Source: an uncultured Actinomycetes bacterium (GTDB lineage Bacteria; Actinomycetota; UBA4738; HRBIN12). From it: a stretch of 64,000 nucleotides of DNA. Below the pieces are notes generated by a model. That model saw only the letters and a program-made list of their open reading frames with translations, had not been told where the DNA came from and made no database searches. Shown piece by piece: positions 20,649-31,366 of the stretch. The stretch covers positions 1-64,000 of the forward strand of contig OY969934.1 in assembly GCA_963704725.1 (NCBI GenBank), in the 5' to 3' direction. Numbering within the stretch: the stretch's first letter is position 1; each line of letters begins with the position of its first letter. A program made the position numbers and the translations under genes.

Positions 20649-22761
20649 GTGGTGGGGGCACCGACCTCGGGGTCGCTGCGCGGCAGGGCGATCCGTCTCG
20701 CGTGGACCGCGGGGGCCTTGGCCGCGACGCTGGCCCTGGCCGCCGTCGTGTTCGTCGCGGTCGTCGAGCCCGCCTCCCTGGTCACGTCGGGGTTCCTGCT
20801 CCTGGCTACGGTGGCGTACGCCACGGTCGGCGGTCTGATCGCCAACCGGCATCCCCGCAACCCGATCGGGTGGCTGTTCCTCGCCGTGGGGATCTGCCTC
20901 GGCGCCACCTCCGCGATGGGCCACTACGCGGGGTACGAGGGTCGCCCGCTCACCGGGGCGGGGCCGGCGGGGCTGCTGGCGGTCGCCGTTCCCGGGCTCG
21001 TGCTGCCGGCGGCACTGCCGACGTTCCTGCTGCTGTTCCCGGAGGGGCGCCTGCTCTCGCCCCGCTGGCGCGCGGCCGTGGGGCTCGGAGGGCTCGCCGC
21101 GGTCGTGCTGACGTTGGGGCTGGTGTCGCTCCCGTCGACGGGGCGGCCCTTCGACACGCCGGGGTGGGTCGACGCGATCCCGGGGATCGGGGCGTTCGCG
21201 GTGGTGGGCGTCTCGCTCACGGCGGCCGCCACCGTCGCAGGGTTCGCCAGCCTCGTCCTGCGGTACCGGCGGGCCGCGCCCGAAGACCGCCAGCAGCTGA
21301 AGTGGCTCATGACGATGCTCGCCGCGATGGTCGCCTCCTCGGCTCTGGCCCTGATCGCGTGGGGATGGTCGGCGAGGGTCGAGGCGCTGTGGATCTTCGC
21401 CGCGCTCGCCATCCTCGTGGACGGGTTCGGCATCCTGGTGGGCATCCCCGGGTCCACGGCGATCGCGGTCCTCACGTTCGGCCTGTACGACGTGGGGGTC
21501 GTCGTCAAGAAGACGATCGTGTACGGGATCCTCGTCGCGGCGAGCGCGCTCGGGCTCGGCCTGATCCTGTTCGCCTTCTCGCCGCTCATGGTGGGGACGG
21601 ACACCTCGTCGGGAGGGACGCCGGTGAGCCGGATCGTGTCGGGACTCCTCATCGCCGTCCTCGCGTTCGCGGTCTCGTTCGGCTGGCTCAAGCGGTTCGC
21701 CCGTCGGGCCGTGTACGGACGGCGGGCGTCGCCGTACGAGGTGATCGCCGAGTTCGCAGACCGGCTGGGCGAGGCCTATTCGACCGAGGACGTCCTGCCC
21801 CGGACCGCCGAGATCCTGCGTGCATCGACCGGCGCCGTGACCGCTCGGGTATGGCTCCACCTCGGCGACGAGCTGGTCGAGGCGGCCGTCTCGCCCTCGA
21901 TCGGGCGCGCCCCGGCCGGGGCCGGTCCGCGTGAACGGGGTCGACCTTGCGGACCTGCCGGGGCGACCCTTCCCCGTCCGACACCAGGGCGAGCTGCTCG
22001 GCGCCTTCACGGTCGAGATGCCGCCGAGCGAGCCCCTCTCGGCACCGAGCGAGCGGCTGGCGGCCGACCTGGCCACCCAGGCCGGCCTGGTCCTTCGCAA
22101 CGTTCGCCTGACCGAGGAGCTCAAGGCGACCATCGTCGAGCTCCGGGCGTCGCGCCAACGGATCGTCAGCGCGCAGGACGAGCGGGCCCGCAAGCTCGAG
22201 CGCGACTTGCACGACGGCGCGCAGCAACAGCTCGTCGCGCTCGCCGTGAAGATCGCCCTGGCCGAGCGGACCGCCGACGAGGGCACACGCGAGACCCTCG
22301 CGCGGCTCCGGGCCGACGCGAACGACGCGCTCCAGAACCTGCGCGACCTGGCCCGGGGGATCTACCCGCCGCTGCTGGCCGACGAGGGGCTCGGGGCCGC
22401 GCTCCGGGCCCAGGCGAGCAAGGCGGCGATCCCCGTGACCCTCGAAGCGGACGGCGTGGGCCGTTACGAGCAGGAGGTCGAGGCCACGGTGTATTTCTGC
22501 TGTCTGGAGGCCCTGCAGAACGTCGCCAAGTACGCACGGGCGACCGGGGCGACGATCCGGCTCGCCGACGACGACGGTGCGCTCGACTTCTCGGTCCGTG
22601 ACGACGGTGCAGGGTTCGATCCCGCCAGCGCCAGGACCGGCGCCGGCCTCCTGAACATGCGGGACCGGCTCGAGGCGCTCGGTGGCGTCCTGGAGATCGC
22701 CTCGGCGCCGGGCGCCGGCACGACCCTGTCGGGACGCATCCCGATCGGGGGGGCCGGGTGA
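20649..22761 (+). CDS. Multi-TM sensor histidine kinase (HisKA_3/HATPase; frameshifted)
   Basis: Many TM helices (RNPIGWLF), GAF-like linker, ERDLHDGAQQQL H-box, EALQNVAKYA, DDGAGFD...GAGLLNMRDR. Frame change at ~21910-21930; start uncertain. Confidence 0.85.
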
Positions 22762-23504
22762 CCGTCGCGCTGGACCGGCCCCCGCGGCGACGGGTCGTCG
22801 ACGACCTGCTGGACCTGGCCAGGCCGCTGTCGGCCGTGGTGGGGGCGGGGGCGCTGTCCGGGTTCCTGATCGGAGGCGTGGGAGGCCGGATCGCGATGCT
22901 GCTCCTACGGCTGACGTCCGACCCGGGGGTGCGCGGCCTCACCAGCGACGACGGGTTCACGATCGGCGTGGTCAGCTCGGCCACGACGTTCCTGCTCGGC
23001 GCGACGACCCTGCTCGGCGTGCTGGGCGGCGTGGCCTACCTGCTCGTCCGGTCGTGGCTCCCCCCGCGCGTGCGCCCGATCGTCTTCGGGGTGCTGTGCG
23101 GGCTTGTCGGCGGCGCGCTCGTGATCCGGCCCGGCGGCGTGGACTTCACGCGGCTCGAGCCCCGGTGGCTCGCCGTGGCGATGTTCGTCGCGCTCCCCGC
23201 GGCGTACGGTGTGGCGGCGAGCCGGCTCGCCGAGCGGGCGCTCCCGCGCGCACCGGGGTTCGGGCGCGTTCGCGCCGTGCTCGGAAGCCTCGTGGTGGTC
23301 GTGGTGCCGGTCCTGGCCGGGCCCACCGGGCTCGCGATCGTCGTCGTCGCGCTCGTGGTGTTCCTGATCGCGCGCGCGGTTCCGGGGGCGGCGGGGGCAT
23401 GGTCCTCGGCCCCGGTGGCGTGGATGGGGAGGGCCACGCTCGTCGCGCTCGGCGTCGCGGCCGCGGTCGCCCTCGGGCGTGACGTGCTCGACGTCTTCCC
23501 CTGA
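22758..23504 (+). CDS. Hypothetical integral membrane protein
   Basis: GTGA overlap with the kinase stop; multiple hydrophobic helices. Confidence 0.75.
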   Translation: MTVALDRPPRRRVVDDLLDLARPLSAVVGAGALSGFLIGGVGGRIAMLLLRLTSDPGVRGLTSDDGFTIGVVSSATTFLLGATTLLGVLGGVAYLLVRSWLPPRVRPIVFGVLCGLVGGALVIRPGGVDFTRLEPRWLAVAMFVALPAAYGVAASRLAERALPRAPGFGRVRAVLGSLVVVVVPVLAGPTGLAIVVVALVVFLIARAVPGAAGAWSSAPVAWMGRATLVALGVAAAVALGRDVLDVFP

Positions 23505-23549
23505 CGGGACGAGGCCGGCCCCGTCGGGCCCCGTCGGTATCGTGACGGC

Positions 23550-24647
23550 GTGTCCCCGCGTCGCGCCCTGACGACACGCGCCCTGAACCGCGCGCTGCTC
23601 GAGCGCCAGCTGCTCCTGCGGCGTCGGCGGATGCCGGTGCTCGAGGCCGTGGAGCGGCTCGTCGCGCTCCAGTCGCAGGTGCCTCGCGATCCGTACGTTG
23701 CGCTCTGGTCCCGGGTCGCGCCGTTGCGCGCCGAGACGCTGTCCGACGCGCTCGAGAAGCGCCACGCGGTGCGGATGACGCTGCTCCGCGGCACGCTGCA
23801 TCTCGTGACCGCTCGCGACGCGGTCGGCCTCCGCGCGCTCGTCCAGCCGGCGATCGAGGGGGTGATCTACGGCTCGAGCCCGCTGCGGAAGGCCGTCGGC
23901 ACCGTCGACATGGACGGGCTGTTCGCGGCGCTCCGTGGGTGGCTCGAGGAGCGCCCGCGCACGCGCGCCGAGCTCGTGAGGGAGATCGCGGTGCGGTGGC
24001 CGAAGGCCGACGCCGACTCCCTCGGCTACGCGATGTACGCCCTGCCGACGGTGCAGGTGACGCCTCGCGGGCTCTGGAGGCGGAGCGGGCGCTCCGCCTT
24101 CACGACGATGCAGGCGTGGCTCGGGGCGTCGCCGGATCCCGCGGCCGACGTCGAGGCCCTCGTGCGGCGGTACCTCGCGGTGTTCGGTCCCGCCACGCCG
24201 GCCGACGCGCAGTACTGGTCTGGCGTGCCCGGCCTGGCCGAGGTCTTCGAGCGCCTCCGGCCCGGGCTCCGCACCGTCCGCGACGAGGGCGGACACGAGC
24301 TCTTCGACCTCCCGCGCGCGCCGCTCCCCGACCCGTATCTCCCCGCACCGGTCCGCTTCCTCCCCGAGTACGACAACGTGACGATCGGCCACAAGGACCG
24401 GACCCGCATCGTCCCCCAGGGCATCCCGCGGTTCACCGAGATCGGTTGGGGGTCGGTGCTCGTCGACGGGATGGTCGCCGCGCGGTGGAGGCTCTTCGAG
24501 GAGAAGACCCGCGGGACGCTCCGCGTCGAGCCGTTCCGCCGGCTCGCGCGCCGGGAGGCCGCCGCGACCCGCGAGGAGGCCGTGCGGCTCGGGTCGTTCC
24601 TCGCACCCCACACGGACGTCCGGGTCGAGCTCGATCGGCCCGCCTGA
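23550..24647 (+). CDS. AlkZ-family (HTH_42) DNA glycosylase, QxQ type
   Basis: LNRALLERQLLL, LVALQSQ, RMTLLRGTLH, FGPATPAD, RFLPEYDN. Confidence 0.88.
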   Translation: MSPRRALTTRALNRALLERQLLLRRRRMPVLEAVERLVALQSQVPRDPYVALWSRVAPLRAETLSDALEKRHAVRMTLLRGTLHLVTARDAVGLRALVQPAIEGVIYGSSPLRKAVGTVDMDGLFAALRGWLEERPRTRAELVREIAVRWPKADADSLGYAMYALPTVQVTPRGLWRRSGRSAFTTMQAWLGASPDPAADVEALVRRYLAVFGPATPADAQYWSGVPGLAEVFERLRPGLRTVRDEGGHELFDLPRAPLPDPYLPAPVRFLPEYDNVTIGHKDRTRIVPQGIPRFTEIGWGSVLVDGMVAARWRLFEEKTRGTLRVEPFRRLARREAAATREEAVRLGSFLAPHTDVRVELDRPA

Positions 24648-24770
24648 CCAGGTCTCTGGGGGCGTGTGCCCGGATCGCCCTCTTCGATGATCCGGCGCAA
24701 GACCGGCAGGACCGGACGCGTTGACTCCCCTTCGTCGCGCGTCTAGGGTCAGCGATCCGACCCGACGGAG

Positions 24771-25679
24771 GTGGCCGTGAGGCACACCGCGAAGAACTCC
24801 ATCGCCACGGCGCTGGTCGCCGCCGCGTCGTTCGCATCCCTGCCGGTCGCACACGCGGCGTTCCCGGGGACGAACGGCGACATCGCGTTCAACCGGCTGA
24901 CACACGGGCAGTTCGACATCTGGACGGTCGACGCGAACTCCACGAGCACGGTCCGGCTCACGCGGACCGACCGGAAGAACGAGGACATGCCCGACTGGAG
25001 CGCCGACGGGACGAAGATCGCGTACGCGCGGTGCGGTCTGGGCGAGCTCTCGAACTGCGACATCTGGGTCATGGACGCCGACGGGTCGAACCCGACCAGG
25101 CTCACCACGTCGCCCGATGCCCAGGAGACCTGGCCAGCGTGGTCGCCGGATGGGACGAAGATCGCGTACACCTCGAACGTCGACGACGCCTTCCAGGACG
25201 TCTACGTGATGGACGCCGATGGGTCGAACCAGACCCGGTTGACGACCACAGCGGGGTTCGACGCGTTCCCCGAGTGGTCCCCCGACGGCGCCCGCATCGC
25301 CTTCACGAGCGACCGATCGGCGCTCGACGACATCTTCGTCATGGACGCCGACGGGTCGAACCAGACGCGCGTCACGCACGGCCCGAAGATCGACGAGCGA
25401 CCGGATTGGTCGCCCGACGGGACGACGATCGTCTTCTCGCGCAACGGCAACGACCTCTGGAGCGTCGCGCCGGACGGGTCGAGCCTGACCCGGATCACCC
25501 TCACCGAGAACCGGGACGAGTTCGCTCCGGCCTACTCACCGGACGGGACGAAGATCGCCTTCAACCGCGTGACGAACTCGGGGCGCCTCGGCGTTTGGAT
25601 CATGAACGCCGACGGGACGGATCCGACCCACCAGACATTCGGGCTGCAGGACTTCTTCCCCGACTGGGGACCCGGCTAG
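24771..25679 (+). CDS. Secreted TolB-like beta-propeller (PD40 repeats)
   Basis: Signal peptide (AHA), then AFPGTNGDIAF and repeated P-x-WSPDG-x-x-IA units. Confidence 0.88.
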   Translation: MAVRHTAKNSIATALVAAASFASLPVAHAAFPGTNGDIAFNRLTHGQFDIWTVDANSTSTVRLTRTDRKNEDMPDWSADGTKIAYARCGLGELSNCDIWVMDADGSNPTRLTTSPDAQETWPAWSPDGTKIAYTSNVDDAFQDVYVMDADGSNQTRLTTTAGFDAFPEWSPDGARIAFTSDRSALDDIFVMDADGSNQTRVTHGPKIDERPDWSPDGTTIVFSRNGNDLWSVAPDGSSLTRITLTENRDEFAPAYSPDGTKIAFNRVTNSGRLGVWIMNADGTDPTHQTFGLQDFFPDWGPG

Positions 25680-25802
25680 GTCACAAACCGCAGCGACCGC
25701 CGGTGGACCACTCCGATTCGGTAGGGGCTCAGGAGCCGGGCGGGAACGACTACGCCGAAGGATGCGGCGGCGGCTTGGAGCTCTGATCAGACACGTCCTC
25801 GG

Positions 25803-26762
25803 TCACCTCCGCGCCGCTGCGGAGACGAGGTCGGCAACCCTGCGGAGGGAATCGCGCAGCTCGGCAGGCTCCCGCACCGTGAACGGCCAGCCGAGCGACG
25901 CGAGCATGCGGGCCGCGGCGTCGAGGTCGTCGGCGTGCGCTCGCAGGAGCACCCCCTCCTCGACCTGCTCCGGCTCGCCGACCCATCGCGGGATGCGGCG
26001 CCTCGCCTCATCCAGGGTGGTGTCGAACACGATCTCGAGCCGCCATCCCCACGGCGTCGCCGCGATCGAGCGCTCGACGTGCTCGACGGCGTCGAAACCC
26101 TCCGGCGGCGTCGCGCGTTCGGACCGAAGCTCCGCCGAACGCACGCGGTCCACCCGGAACGTGCGGATCTCGCCCGAGCGGTCGTCGTCGGCCGCCAGGT
26201 ACCACCGTCCGACGTGGAGCACCAGCCCGTACGGGGCCACGATCCGGTCGGTCTCCTCGCGGCCGGGCGTCGCGTACCGGATCCGGGCGCGACGTCTCGA
26301 GCGGATCGCCGCCGCGAGCGTGAGCACGACCTCCGTCGCCGGCGGCTGCCGCTCCCTCGGCGTCCACGTCCACCCCAGGGTTCCCTCCAGCGCGCCGACA
26401 CGGTCGCGGAGCTCGGTCGGGAGCACGCGCAGGATCTTCGCGAGCGCCTCCTCGACGGCCGCATCCGCGGTCGAGATCCCGGACTGCCGGCTGACGATGA
26501 GCCCGAGCACGACGGCCGTCGCCTCGTCGTCGGTCAGCATCAGCGGGGGGAGCTTGAAGCCCGGCCGCAGCCGGTAGCCGCCGTAGGGTCCGCGCTCGGT
26601 CTCGACGGGGATGCCCAGCTCCTCGAGCCTGGCCGCGTAGCGCCGGACGGTGCGCGGGTCGACCTCGAGCCGGTCAGCGAGCTCGCGCCCGCCCACCGTT
26701 CCGCGCGCCTGGAGGACCTCGAGCATCGTCAGCAGGCGGGTCGCCGGCCTGGATGCGCTCAT
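25803..26762 (-). CDS. YafY-type HTH_11 + WYL domain transcriptional regulator
   Basis: [38 protein letters not shown]. Confidence 0.92.
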   Translation of the reverse strand: MSASRPATRLLTMLEVLQARGTVGGRELADRLEVDPRTVRRYAARLEELGIPVETERGPYGGYRLRPGFKLPPLMLTDDEATAVVLGLIVSRQSGISTADAAVEEALAKILRVLPTELRDRVGALEGTLGWTWTPRERQPPATEVVLTLAAAIRSRRRARIRYATPGREETDRIVAPYGLVLHVGRWYLAADDDRSGEIRTFRVDRVRSAELRSERATPPEGFDAVEHVERSIAATPWGWRLEIVFDTTLDEARRRIPRWVGEPEQVEEGVLLRAHADDLDAAARMLASLGWPFTVREPAELRDSLRRVADLVSAAARR

Positions 26763-26787
26763 CGAACGCGAGGATAGCTCGGGATCA

Positions 26788-26802
26788 GGACCGAAATCGT
26801 CC
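26788..26802. promoter_or_regulatory. Putative WYL-regulator operator in the divergent promoter
   Basis: GGAC-CGAAATC-GTCC inverted repeat between opposed -10-like hexamers (TATCCT on minus, TAGCCT on plus). Confidence 0.45.
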
Positions 26803-26874
26803 GCAACCATCCCTAGCCTGGTCATTCGAGGCGGCCGCGACCGGCGCGGCCAGCGAAGAGAAGGAGGCGAGGCC

Positions 26875-28026
26875 ATGAGCGCCGTCATGACCGCCGAAGA
26901 GATCCGCCCGTTCCGGATCCAGGTCACCGACGCCGAGCTCGAAGACCTCCGCGACCGGCTCGCCCGAACGCGGTGGCCCGACGAGCTGCCGGGTGTCGGC
27001 TGGGGCTACGGCGTCGGGCTCGACTACGTGAAGGAGATGGCCGAGCACTGGCGGACCTCGTTCGACTGGCGCGCGCAGGAGGCCGCGCTCAACGAGTTCC
27101 CGCAGTTCACCACGACGATCGACGGCACCGACGTGCACTGCCTGCACGTGCGCTCGCCCGAGCCGAACGCGATGCCCTTGATCCTCACGCACGGATGGCC
27201 GGGCTCGGTCGCCGAGTTCCTCGACGTGATCGGGCCGCTCGCCGACCCGGCGCCGCACGGCGGTGACCCGGCCGATGCGTTCGACCTGGTGATCCCGTCG
27301 ATCCCCGGCTACGGGTTCTCGGGGCCGACGAACGACACCGGATGGGACAGCGCGCGCGTCGCGAAGGCGTGGGACGCGCTCATGACGCGCCTCGGATACG
27401 AGCGGTACGGCGCGCACGGGGGCGACACGGGCGCCCTCATCACGCGCGAGCTCGGCATCCTGAAGCCGCAGGGGCTCGTCGGCGTGCACCTGCTCCAGAT
27501 CTTCGCGTTCCCTTCGGGCGACCCCGACGAGATGGCGCGGATGGACGCGTTCGAGAAGGAGGGGATGGCGAACCTCGCGAGCTTCGACGAGCACTCCGGC
27601 TATCTGAAGATCCAGCAGACGCGGCCGCAGACGCTCGCGTACGCGCTGACCGACTCGCCGGCCGGTCAGCTCGCGTGGAACAGCGAGCTCTTCATGGGAT
27701 GGGGCGGCGAGAACGTCGGGAACGCTGATCGCGATCGGTTCCTCACGCACGTGTCGATCTTCTGGTTCACCGCGACCGCGGGCTCGTCGGCGCGGCAGTA
27801 CCTGGAGGACGCGAAGTCGGGTGCGGGCTACCGCGAGCTGCCGAACGAGACGCCGACCGGCGTGGTGGTGTTCCCGTACGACTTCCGCTCCGTGCGGGCG
27901 TTCGCCGAGCGCTCGAACAACATCGTCCACTGGTCGCAGATGGGTCGTGGCGGGCACTTCGCCGCCTCGGACGCCCCCGATCTGCTGGTCGAGGACCTGA
28001 GGACGTTCTTCCGGGGCTTCCGGTGA
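26875..28026 (+). CDS. Epoxide hydrolase (EHN + alpha/beta hydrolase)
   Basis: [39 protein letters not shown]; AAGGAGG RBS. Confidence 0.93.
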   Translation: MSAVMTAEEIRPFRIQVTDAELEDLRDRLARTRWPDELPGVGWGYGVGLDYVKEMAEHWRTSFDWRAQEAALNEFPQFTTTIDGTDVHCLHVRSPEPNAMPLILTHGWPGSVAEFLDVIGPLADPAPHGGDPADAFDLVIPSIPGYGFSGPTNDTGWDSARVAKAWDALMTRLGYERYGAHGGDTGALITRELGILKPQGLVGVHLLQIFAFPSGDPDEMARMDAFEKEGMANLASFDEHSGYLKIQQTRPQTLAYALTDSPAGQLAWNSELFMGWGGENVGNADRDRFLTHVSIFWFTATAGSSARQYLEDAKSGAGYRELPNETPTGVVVFPYDFRSVRAFAERSNNIVHWSQMGRGGHFAASDAPDLLVEDLRTFFRGFR

Positions 28027-28102
28027 CAAGGTCCTGATCACGCGGAGCGACCGAAGACGGAGACATTCACCGGGGAGATGCGCAGCCGAGAGGAGAAACG
28101 AC

Positions 28103-28888
28103 ATGGCCGACTACGTATTGGTGGCGGGAGCCTGGCTGGGTGGATGGGCGTGGGACGAGGTGGCCGAGTCGATGCGGAGGCAGGGGCATCGATGCTTCCC
28201 GGTCACGCTGACGGGGCTCGGGGAGCGCGCCGCCGAGGCGAGCCCCGACGTCGATCTCGACGACCACATCCAGGACGTCGTCCGGGCCATCGAGGACGCG
28301 GGCCTGCGGGACGTCGTGCTCGTGGGACATAGCTACGGTGGGGTCCCGGTCACGGGGGCGGCCGACCGTGTCCCGGAGCGGATCGCGAAGGTCGTGTACG
28401 TCGACTCCGGGCCGCCGCCGGACGGAGCCGCTTTCGTCGACACCTCGCCGCCACCGATGCGGGAGGCGGCAGATCGGCATGTCGCAGAGGAGGGAGATGG
28501 GTGGCGCCTGCCGATGCCCCCGTGGGAGGAGCTCGAGCGGGTCAACGGGGCGAAGATCGACGGGATCGACGACGACACCCGACGGCGGGTCCACGAGCGG
28601 GCCACGCCGCAGCCGTACGGCACGTATACGCAGCCGATCTCGCTCAAGAACCCGGCCCGGCGGGAGCTGCCGCAATCCCTGGTCTCGTGCTGCTTCCCGC
28701 TCGACCAGGTTCGGCGGCTCATCGACAGCGGCCACCCGTGGTTCGCCGAGATGCGCGGGCCCGCGTGGTCGTTCGTCGAGATGCCCTCGAGCCACTGGCC
28801 GATGTTCTCGGCGCCGGAGCGGTTGGCCGAGGTCTTGGCGACCTCGCCGAATAGCGCGGCGCGGCGAGGTCGTGGCCGATCGTCGTGA
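28103..28888 (+). CDS. Alpha/beta hydrolase (methylesterase-like)
   Basis: GAWLGGWAW, GHSYGG nucleophile, HWPMFS. True stop may be TAG at 28854 via a 1-nt indel. Confidence 0.88.
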   Translation: MADYVLVAGAWLGGWAWDEVAESMRRQGHRCFPVTLTGLGERAAEASPDVDLDDHIQDVVRAIEDAGLRDVVLVGHSYGGVPVTGAADRVPERIAKVVYVDSGPPPDGAAFVDTSPPPMREAADRHVAEEGDGWRLPMPPWEELERVNGAKIDGIDDDTRRRVHERATPQPYGTYTQPISLKNPARRELPQSLVSCCFPLDQVRRLIDSGHPWFAEMRGPAWSFVEMPSSHWPMFSAPERLAEVLATSPNSAARRGRGRSS

Positions 28889-28970
28889 AGAGCGGTCAGA
28901 CGCGCGTCGAGACAATCCCAGGGACGGACAAGCAGGACCACTCCCTCACTCGGCGATACAGTCCTGTCCC

Positions 28971-30191
28971 ATGGCTGACACGGCAGCCGAGCTGCGGTTC
29001 GCGCCGAACGACCTGGGGTTCGTCGCCGACCCCTACCCCGTCTACGCGCACCTGCGAGAACACGCGCCGGTGCTCTACGACGAGGCGACGGACCACTACC
29101 TGATCTCGCGGTACGAGGACGTGAACGCGCTGCTGCGCGATCGACGGTTCGGGCGGACGTACCTGCACACGGCGACGCACACCGAGATGGGACATCCCGA
29201 TCCGCCGGGCTGGCACGACCCGTTCTGGAACCTCATCAACGCGGGGATCCTGGACATGGAGCCCCCGGATCACACGCGGGTGCGGCGGCTGGTGTCGAAG
29301 GCGTTCACGCCCCGGTACGTCGAGGGCCTCCGGCCGCGGGTGCAGGCGATCACCGACGGGCTCGTGGACCGGGTGGCCGGGGCGGGCGAGTTCGACCTGC
29401 TCGCCGAGGTCGCCGAGCCGCTGCCGGTGACCGTGATCGCCGAGATGCTCGGTGTGCCCGAGCCCGACCGCCACCTGCTCCGGCCGTGGTCGGCCGACAT
29501 CTGCAAGATGTACGAGCTGAACCCCTCGCTCGAGATGCAACGGGACTCGGTCCGCGCGAGCGCCGAGTTCTCCGAGTACCTGCGGGCGCTGGCCCGGGAG
29601 CGGCGCGCCGATCCCGGTGAGGACCTCGTCTCACAGCTCGCGCTCGTGCTCGACGAGGGGGAGCGCCTGAGCGAGGACGAGCTCGTCGGCACGTGCGTCC
29701 TGCTCCTGAACGCCGGGCACGAGGCCACCGTGAACGCGACGGGCATCGGGTGGTGGACGGTGTTCCGGACCCCGGGAGCGCTCGAGCGGCTGCGCGAGGA
29801 CCGCTCGCTGCTGCCGACGGCCGTCGACGAGCTCCTGCGGTTCGACACGCCGGCGCAGATGTTCGAGCGGTGGGTGCTCGACGACGTCGAGCTCCACGGC
29901 GTGAGGATCCCGCGCGGCGCCGAGCTCGGGCTGCTGTTCGGCTCGGCGAACCGAGACCCCGCGGTGTTCGACCGCCCGGACGAGCTCGACCTGGCGCGCG
30001 ACCCGAACCCGCACCTCACGTTCGGTGCCGGGATCCACTTCTGCCTCGGCGCGCCGCTCGGCCGCCAGGAGCTCACCGTGTCGTTCGCCACGGTGCTCGA
30101 CCGCCTGCCGAGGATCGAGCTCGTCCGCGAGCCGGCCTGGAAGCCCGGCTACGTGCTCCGGGGGCTCGCCGAGCTCCGCGTCCGCGCCTGA
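28971..30191 (+). CDS. Cytochrome P450
   Basis: EPPDHTRVR, LLNAGHEAT I-helix, ELLR, FGAGIHFCLG heme-thiolate. Confidence 0.95.
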   Translation: MADTAAELRFAPNDLGFVADPYPVYAHLREHAPVLYDEATDHYLISRYEDVNALLRDRRFGRTYLHTATHTEMGHPDPPGWHDPFWNLINAGILDMEPPDHTRVRRLVSKAFTPRYVEGLRPRVQAITDGLVDRVAGAGEFDLLAEVAEPLPVTVIAEMLGVPEPDRHLLRPWSADICKMYELNPSLEMQRDSVRASAEFSEYLRALARERRADPGEDLVSQLALVLDEGERLSEDELVGTCVLLLNAGHEATVNATGIGWWTVFRTPGALERLREDRSLLPTAVDELLRFDTPAQMFERWVLDDVELHGVRIPRGAELGLLFGSANRDPAVFDRPDELDLARDPNPHLTFGAGIHFCLGAPLGRQELTVSFATVLDRLPRIELVREPAWKPGYVLRGLAELRVRA

Positions 30192-30298
30192 GCGCCGCGC
30201 GCATCTTCGAACCGTCGCACCAGGGCGCTCGTCGCGGTGCAGCTCGAGGCGGCCCTGGCGTCCCGATGCCGGCCGGCCTGAGCCGCATGCGGTCTCGC

Positions 30299-30688
30299 TC
30301 AGGCGCCGGCGGCTTCAGCGAGGTTCTTCGCGACGACGGCCATCGTCTGGTCGTACTCCGCGGCGGGGCTGAACTCGATCACCTCGGTGCCGGGCAGGCC
30401 GACCTCGCCGGTGTGGCCGGGGCCGACGTAGTAGGCCTCGCCCTCCTCGGCGAGGAGGTCGCCCTCGGGACGGTGGAAGATCATCCGTCCCTTGATCACG
30501 TAGCCCCAGTGGTGGGACTGGCAGAGGTCGTCGGGAAGGCCCCGGTACATCGGCGTGAAGTCGCCGGCCGCCTCGAACGACTCGAAGCCCAGGTTGTAGC
30601 CGTCCTCCCGCGCGTACCGGCCCTCGAAGCCCGGCATCGACTCGACCTGCGGTGCGTTCGCCTTCGACAGCGTGATGCCCGTTCCCAT
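30299..30688 (-). CDS. Cupin-domain protein
   Basis: GLPDDLCQSHHWGYVIKGRM...GEAYYVGPGH; AGGAG RBS. Confidence 0.8.
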   Translation of the reverse strand: MGTGITLSKANAPQVESMPGFEGRYAREDGYNLGFESFEAAGDFTPMYRGLPDDLCQSHHWGYVIKGRMIFHRPEGDLLAEEGEAYYVGPGHTGEVGLPGTEVIEFSPAAEYDQTMAVVAKNLAEAAGA

Positions 30689-30729
30689 CGTGCGTCTCCT
30701 CTCCTTGGTTCCGACGTGCACGGCCGCGA

Positions 30730-31290
30730 TCAGCGGGCGCCCGCGCGCTCCTCCGCGAGCGCCACCAGGTTCTCGAGGCCCCGACGTCCCACGCCCGCCG
30801 CCGCCTTCCGCACCAGAGCCGAGAGCACGGGCGCGTTGAACAGCTTCAGCATCCCGGGCAGGGCGCTGATCCGGGTGACCCGGAGCGTGTACGCGACCCG
30901 ACACCCATCGGCGGTCGGGGTGAGCTCGTACCGGTGCACGTTCGTCCACTCGGCGACCTCACCCTTCTTCGTCTCGAGGCGGGACTCGGTCACGAACTCG
31001 AACTCGGACGGACGGGTCGCCTCCGTCACGACCGACCGGTCGGTGAACCGACCCATCGGGTCCGACCCGGTCGTCGTGAACTCCGTCCCGACCGAGGCCG
31101 CACCCTCGGGAGCCTCGATCGAGAGCAACCGGCCGGTCTTCGACTGTCGATCGCCGGCCCAGGTGAGATGTGACCCGAGCTCCGCGAGCACGTCGTACAC
31201 CTGCTCGGCGGCCACTCGGCCGGTCACCTCGACGGCGACGACGAGCTCGCGCTTCAGCGCGTTCGCCCTCGCCCCTGTCGTCTGCTGCAT
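30730..31290 (-). CDS. SRPBCC (START/polyketide cyclase-like) family protein
   Basis: AEQVYDVLA...W, VVTEATRPSEFEF, RYELTPTADGCRVAY, C-terminal helix GLENLVALAE; GGAGG RBS. Confidence 0.8.
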   Translation of the reverse strand: MQQTTGARANALKRELVVAVEVTGRVAAEQVYDVLAELGSHLTWAGDRQSKTGRLLSIEAPEGAASVGTEFTTTGSDPMGRFTDRSVVTEATRPSEFEFVTESRLETKKGEVAEWTNVHRYELTPTADGCRVAYTLRVTRISALPGMLKLFNAPVLSALVRKAAAGVGRRGLENLVALAEERAGAR

Positions 31291-31348
31291 CCCGCACCTC
31301 CTCGTGTTCGGGGACCACGGGAGCGTGCGCCCGCGGGGCGCGGGGAGG

Positions 31349-31366
31349 ATGGGGAGCGTTCCCTAT
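31349..31366. promoter_or_regulatory. 18-bp palindromic operator overlapping the LuxR stop codon
   Basis: Minus strand ATAGGGAA-CG-CTCCCCAT, 21 bp upstream of a CACGCT -10-like hexamer for the SRPBCC-cupin genes. Confidence 0.6.

Noticed and set aside
25000-25620. Recurring ATGGACGCCGACGGGTCGAAC / TGGTCGCCxGACGG at ~130-bp spacing
   Set aside because: These are coding PD40 beta-propeller blades.
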